Shown piece after piece: positions 59,111-64,000 of a stretch of 64,000 nucleotides of DNA. Both the position numbers and the translations under genes were made by a program. Under the pieces are notes generated by a model, which made no database searches, had not been told where the DNA came from, and saw nothing but the letters and a program-made list of their open reading frames with translations. The first letter of the stretch is position 1; each line of letters opens with the position of its first letter. Source of the DNA: Heteronotia binoei (Eukaryota); NCBI RefSeq assembly GCF_032191835.1, contig NC_083240.1, forward strand, positions 10,540,001 through 10,604,000. The letters are read 5' to 3'.

Positions 59111-60396
59111 TAGAGAGGCCGAGGCAGTGAATTCCACATTTCAATCACTCATGTCAAAGAACTACTGAGTGGCTGATCGCTGATTTCAATGAGCATTCTC
59201 CCTCCTCAGAAAACTTTGAGAAATTATAGTTATTTGAGAAGGAATTTTCCACCTCTCCCTTTGTTCACTCTTGTGGCTTCTGTTCTTACAGGGCACTTCA
59301 AATGATATACGTAGAAGTACAATCCGTTATGGGATAGGAAACAAAGAGAGGAACTGAACTTTTAAAACAATTTAAAGGTGTATAGCTTCAGGGTCCTCCT
59401 TTCTGATTATGGACCCATAGGGTTTTAACAAGACCAGCTATGGGGGCCATTATACAAGATAGGATCCGGTACCGTGAGGCCCCTGTGTAAACCCATAATT
59501 TGGAATATAGTGTACAGTTTTGATCACAGCACCTCAAAAATGATACTATAGCGATGGAAAAGATGCAGAAAAGGGCAACTAAAATTATTAAGGAGATGGG
59601 ACACCTTCCCTATGAAGAAAGGTTAGAGGTCAGGGGTCTTTAGCCTGGAGAAATAATGATTGAGGGGTGACCTGGTAGAGGTTTACAAAATGATGCATGG
59701 GATAGAGAAAGCGGAGAAAGAAGGACTTTTCTCCCTTTCTCACAATATAAGAACTCGTGGGCACTCAATGAAATTAATGAGCAGTAGGTTTAGAACTGAT
59801 ACAAGGAAGTATGGAATTCACTGACCCAAGAAGTGGTTGTATACTCTGTATTCTTGGTGCTTGGGGGGCAATGGTGTGAGGGGTTTTCTGGAGTCTGGCC
59901 CTGCTGGTGGACTTCCTGATGGCACCTGGGTTTGGGCCACCATGTGACACAGAGTCTTGGCCTGATCCAACATGGCTTCTCTTATGTTCTTGTGTCCCTC
60001 CTTTGACAGGGTCCAAAGTGTGCTGGGAATTTTTAGGCCCCGATATCAGTCACCTGACAAAACACCATTTGACCGGTTGAGCCAATTCAAATTATCCACT
60101 GGTCAGCAACAGGGTCACCAACCTCCAGGTGGGGCCTGGAGATCTCCCAGAATTACAACTGATCTCCAGGCAACAGAGATCAGTTTCCCTGGAGACAATG
60201 GCAGCTTTGGAAGATGGACTCCAGGGCGATATACCTTGCCAAACCCTGCCCTCCCCAATCTCCACCCTGAAAATCTCCAGGAATCTTGTAGCTTGGAGTT
60301 GGCAACCCTGGTTGGCAACCTTACACCAAGCCCAGACCTGCCCTGGCTTTTTGCTAGCAGAGGCAGTTGCTTTAGATCTCCCTGCCTTCTCCACAC

Positions 60397-60593
60397 CTGC
60401 ACTCGGTCCCGGCTCCTTGTTGTAAAAGCTGCTTCACCAGGCGGACGTTGCCATTCTGGGTTGCACGATGGAGCTCTTCCCAACTCTCCTGTGCAGACAC
60501 AGGAACCAAAGTCTTCTCCTTGGGGTTCACTCTGCAGGCATTCCCGGCTGGATGTCCACCTTGAGTCTTCTCCTCGCCTAGCACCATCCACAT
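60397..60593 (-). CDS. ANKRD65: ANKRD65 first coding exon (start codon provisional)
   Basis: MWMVLGEEKTQGG...ESWEELHRATQNGNVRLVKQLLQQGAGTEC AG|gtgtgg. Phase 2 matches the next exon. There is an in-frame TAA 20 codons upstream, but an additional upstream exon cannot be excluded. Confidence 0.75.
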
Positions 60594-60868
60594 TCTCTGG
60601 AGCTCAGCCTCGACTCCTGTCCCTCCAGAGAAGAAAGGATGAGAAGGCCATTAACCCTTTTCCTGAGGATGAGGAGCAAAGCAGGTTGTCTGGGTTCAAG
60701 AAGAGGCCAGATAGGATCAGCCGTTGCCCAGCTGGGGCCCAATTTGTTGACAAGTTTAGACTGAGAAGCCAGACTGAAGTCAGATCTTTATGGCAGCCGA
60801 GAGGCCCTTCTGTGTCACTATATTCCTGCCTAGCTACAGGCTTCTTAGCTTTTAGGGTTGCCAATCTC

Positions 60869-61500
60869 CATAAGAACATCAGAAGACCCCTGCTGGACCA
60901 GGCCAGCAGTCCATCTGGTCCAGCCTCCTGTCTCACACAGTGGCCAACCAGTTCCCTTGGAGGGCCAGCAATAGGGCATAGAGGCCAAGGCTTTCATAAG
61001 AACATCAGAAGAGCCCTGAAGGATCAGACCAATGGTCTATCTAGTCCAGTATCCTGCCTCATACATTGGCCAGCCAGTTCCTCTGGAAGGCCAACAACAG
61101 AGCATGAAGGCTGAGGCCTTCCTAAGAACATCAGAAGAGCGCTGCTGGATCAGACCGGTGGTCTATCTAGTCCAGCATCCTATCTCACACACTGGCCAAC
61201 CAGTTCCTCTGGAGGACCAACAACAGGGCAGAGAGGCTGAGGCCTTCATAAGGACAGCAGAAGAGCCCTGCTGGATCAGATCGTGTAGTCCAGCTTTCTG
61301 TCTTACGTAGTGGCCAACCAGTTCCTCTGGACAGCCAACAACAGGGCAGAGAGCCTTCATAAGAACAACAGGGCCGAGAGCCTTCATAAGAACATCAGAA
61401 GAGCTCTGCTGGATCAGATCAGTGGTCCCTTTAGTCCAGCATCCTGTCTCACTCAGTGGCCAACCAGTTCCTCTGGAGAGCCAACAACAGGGCATAGACC
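60869..61500 (-). repeat. Tandem CR1 3'-tail array (five about 125-bp units plus one partial), inside a TAGGGTTGCCA-type MITE
   Basis: Units start at about 60869, 60995, 61122, 61247, (61358 partial) and 61385. Confidence 0.8.
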
Positions 61501-61679
61501 TCCAAAGGACAGATATAAGTTCCCCTGGAGAAAATGGCTACCTGTGGAGGCTCTTCCCTTCCTAAGCCATACTTCTCCAAGGCTCCACCCCAAATGTCTG
61601 GCAACCCTACCACTGGGGCACTTCCCAGCCATCCTTTGGTACTGCCTAATCCAATTGCTTAACCCCCTGATAACAACTC

Positions 61680-62060
61680 TTTAGATTCTATGGAATGAAA
61701 CCATTTTCTCATGGCTGGAACCAACTCCCTGAACACCTGCATCCCCCCCACCTTTTCCACCTCCTTCAAATCCTTCCCCAAAATGTCTCTTTCTCCGTAA
61801 AGCCTTCGGCACGTCCCCTCCGGCCTCCCTCTTACTAAACTGACGTCTAAGCAAGCTTAAGGGAAACGAATGCAGCCTTTATCCTCGTCTCTCTTTCCCT
61901 CCTGTCCCTTGGCTGAGTCTCTTGCATTCAATTTTAAATGGAAATTTTAAATTGGAAGCTCCTTGCAGGCGGGGACCTGTCTTCTTGTCCTTGGCAGATC
62001 CCTGGGGCATACTGACGGCTCTGTACAAAACAACACTGAGTAAAAAAACAACAACCAGCC
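61680..62060 (+). mobile_element. L2 LINE 3' fragment
   Basis: cctccttcaaatccttccccaaaatgtctctttctccgtaaagccttcgg and ttaaattggaagctccttgcaggcggggacc resemble L2 ORF2-end and 3'UTR motifs. Confidence 0.5.
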
Positions 62061-62224
62061 ACTGTAGTGGCTACAAAATAAATTATTTCAATCGCAGTGA
62101 GTGTGGGATTGAAATAACTAAGCGGTTCTTACCAGTCATTTCTGTCACTCTGCCGATTTGAGGTCCCCCCCCCCCTTCCCGAAGTTACTGGAAAGTAGCG
62201 GCTGAACCGCGCTGTTGGTTCCCC

Positions 62225-62400
62225 AAACGCTCTTTGAAAATAGATGGATCCAGGCGGGCAGCCCTGTCGGTCTGAAGCAGTAGAAAAAAGCAGGAGTCAA
62301 GCAGCGCCTTTAAGACCAGCAAAGTTTTCTTCAGAATGTAAGCTTTGGTGCGCTAGAAGCACACTTCATCAGACAATAGGCTGGAACGGCAAGCAGTCCT
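62225..62400 (-). mobile_element. Penelope-like element 3' pLTR with a one-base-broken hammerhead motif
   Basis: Minus strand tgt-CTGATGA-a-gtgtgc-ttcta-gcgcac-CAAAGCTT-aca (G12 changed to C at 62347), then ttctgaagaaaactttgctggtcttaaagg...gaccgacagggctgcccgcctggatcca. Confidence 0.7.
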
Positions 62401-64000
62401 ACATATAGAGAAAGTGGGCAGTGAATGAGTATGCAAAATCATGGAAATGTTTTTTTAGCAGATTAAAAGAATCACTAGTTGGGGGTCTGGTGATTGCTAG
62501 CTTGGGTCGACTGGGCTACAGCAACGAAAACAAGGCAATATACTTCAGAATAGCAGATTGATGTCTATGTCATTAGGTATCCTGTGACCTGCAAATAAAT
62601 AAGAGTCTGTTGTAATGTTAGCTCTGGGTTAGAAAGAGGTGAGCAGAATCTCAGGCGGGACTTAGTTCAGGGACCCCCCCTGTGTCTCCTCTCCCCTCTA
62701 GAACCTTTCGCCGGTCACTCATAACACTCGCCTTGTGGATCGCAAGAGTCTCTGCGGACTGGAGTAGCAAGGCAGGGTTGTTAGCAAACAGTAAACTTCA
62801 GCGACTACAGAAAATAAAACTTTTGTACCTCCGGGTTGTGCAAAGCGACCAGCTCTTCTAAAAAGGAGTTCAGCCAGCAGCCCCGGTTTAGTCCCTCACT
62901 CAAGGTCTGTAAACATTCAGATGGAAAGCTAGCGATCTCTCTCTGAATGCGTTCAAGTCACTTGTGCAAAGAGCTGTTTACTTAATGGCTAAAGGCTTCT
63001 ACGAGGAGGGAGGAGTTCTGGGCTGCTAATGGATAATAGGATCTGGGCCTGTCTGTGCTTCCCCCTCCCTTCCCCGCACACACGGAAGTCCTTGCAAGAC
63101 TACATTCCATCAATGATCTCTAGATGCCGAGATCTAGGTAATGTTTCTGGCCAGGGTGCGATTCAGCCGGAAGGGAAGCACATTTCAGTCGTAGGAACGG
63201 CAGCCTTTCAGTAGTGATTTCAATGCGACAGGCCATGAGACCGTTTTTCTGATGTTTGTCCCCAGAACATGGTATTCTGAGACACACTGCCTCTGAACAT
63301 GGAGGTTCTATTTTGCTGCTCTGGCTGTAGATGCCTTCAGGTATGACCTGGGGACCCCCCCAGAACAAGAGGTCATCAGATGACAGAGATCAGTTTCCCT
63401 GGAGAAAAAGGATGCTTTGGAGGGTGGACTCTGTGGCATCGTGGCCTTCTGTCCTCCCCAGGCTCCATCTCCAAATTGCCAGACGTTTCCCAACCTGGAT
63501 TTGGTAAGCCTCCCCTCCCCTGCTGGTGGCTGGGATGGGGGCGGGGAGGTTGGCAACCCTAGCTACGGCTGTCTGACTCCAGGGGCCTGTCCATGATGAA
63601 AAAAAATGACGCATGGTCTTAATTTGTCTTTTGAGGAAGCTTTTCTGAAAGGTTTGTTGACGTGCAGCGATGCACAGTAAAGTTTCTTCTTTCTTCGTGT
63701 GCCTCGGATTTGAGATATTCGACTGGCTGATTTATAGGCTTCCCAACACCCCCGCCCTGGCGGGGGACTCCTGGGTTCACAGCCTCATCTCCCGCTCTTT
63801 AAAAATTGGGAAGCGGGGGGGAGGGGGGAGAACATACGTGTAGGCTTCATATTGTTGTAGAGCTCCTGAGTCGTTTGTAAAATGTGTGCCCCTTTAAGGC
63901 TGGGCAGGAAGCAGGAAACAGGAAGGGTTTCGGAGAACAGCCCCTCCCTTTTTTCCTTTCGTTTTCACAGCAAGTAGAGTTCTCTGGAAGAAGATCTAGT

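Larger units (their letters stand above)
49769..60593 (-). other. ANKRD65: Ankyrin repeat domain 65 gene model (3 coding exons, about 405 aa)
   Basis: complement(join(49769-50239,56467-57016,60397-60593)), 1218 nt, phases 2 and 0 consistent. Sits directly after MRPL20 on the same strand, as in the human locus. The N-terminus is less certain. Confidence 0.88.

Noticed and set aside
59972-61114. 380-aa plus-strand ORF (longest in the track)
   Set aside because: It is a patchwork of CR1 UTR, a MITE, the antisense of ANKRD65 exon 1 and the CR1-tail array, with no domain-like content.
63600-64000. Start of TMEM88B
   Set aside because: No recognisable coding sequence lies within the window.

Overview
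Vertebrate (squamate, most likely gecko; inferred from the SINE/MITE complement) genomic DNA, syntenic with the human 1p36.33 block. There are four minus-strand genes. From left to right: first coding exon of a C-factor/CsgA-like classical short-chain dehydrogenase (540-680; rest of the gene lies left of the window); complete CCNL2 (11 exons, 544 aa, 16269-33897, plus the alternative VASEGK* exon); complete MRPL20 (4 exons, 148 aa, 36595-44503); and ANKRD65 (3 coding exons, about 405 aa, 49769-60593). All splice sites were read from the sequence (GT-AG) and exon phases are consistent. Intergenic and intronic DNA is dense with transposons: tRNA-derived SINEs (Squam2-like, Squam3-like, Sauria), 5S-derived SINEs, CR1, BovB, L2 and L1 fragments, several hAT MITE families with 8-bp TSDs, a decayed Gypsy element and Penelope-like elements. 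The most notable non-genic signals are (i) Penelope-like inverted-repeat insertions with 12-bp TSDs that carry intact minimal hammerhead ribozyme cores, one inside an ANKRD65 intron; (ii) repeated head-to-tail reiteration of retroposon ends into 104-, 112- and about 125-bp arrays; (iii) a near-perfect 79-nt hairpin; and (iv) four-level TE nesting. There is one 161-N assembly gap. Repeat family names and human comparisons come from recalled knowledge, not database searches; repeat boundaries without a stated TSD are approximate.
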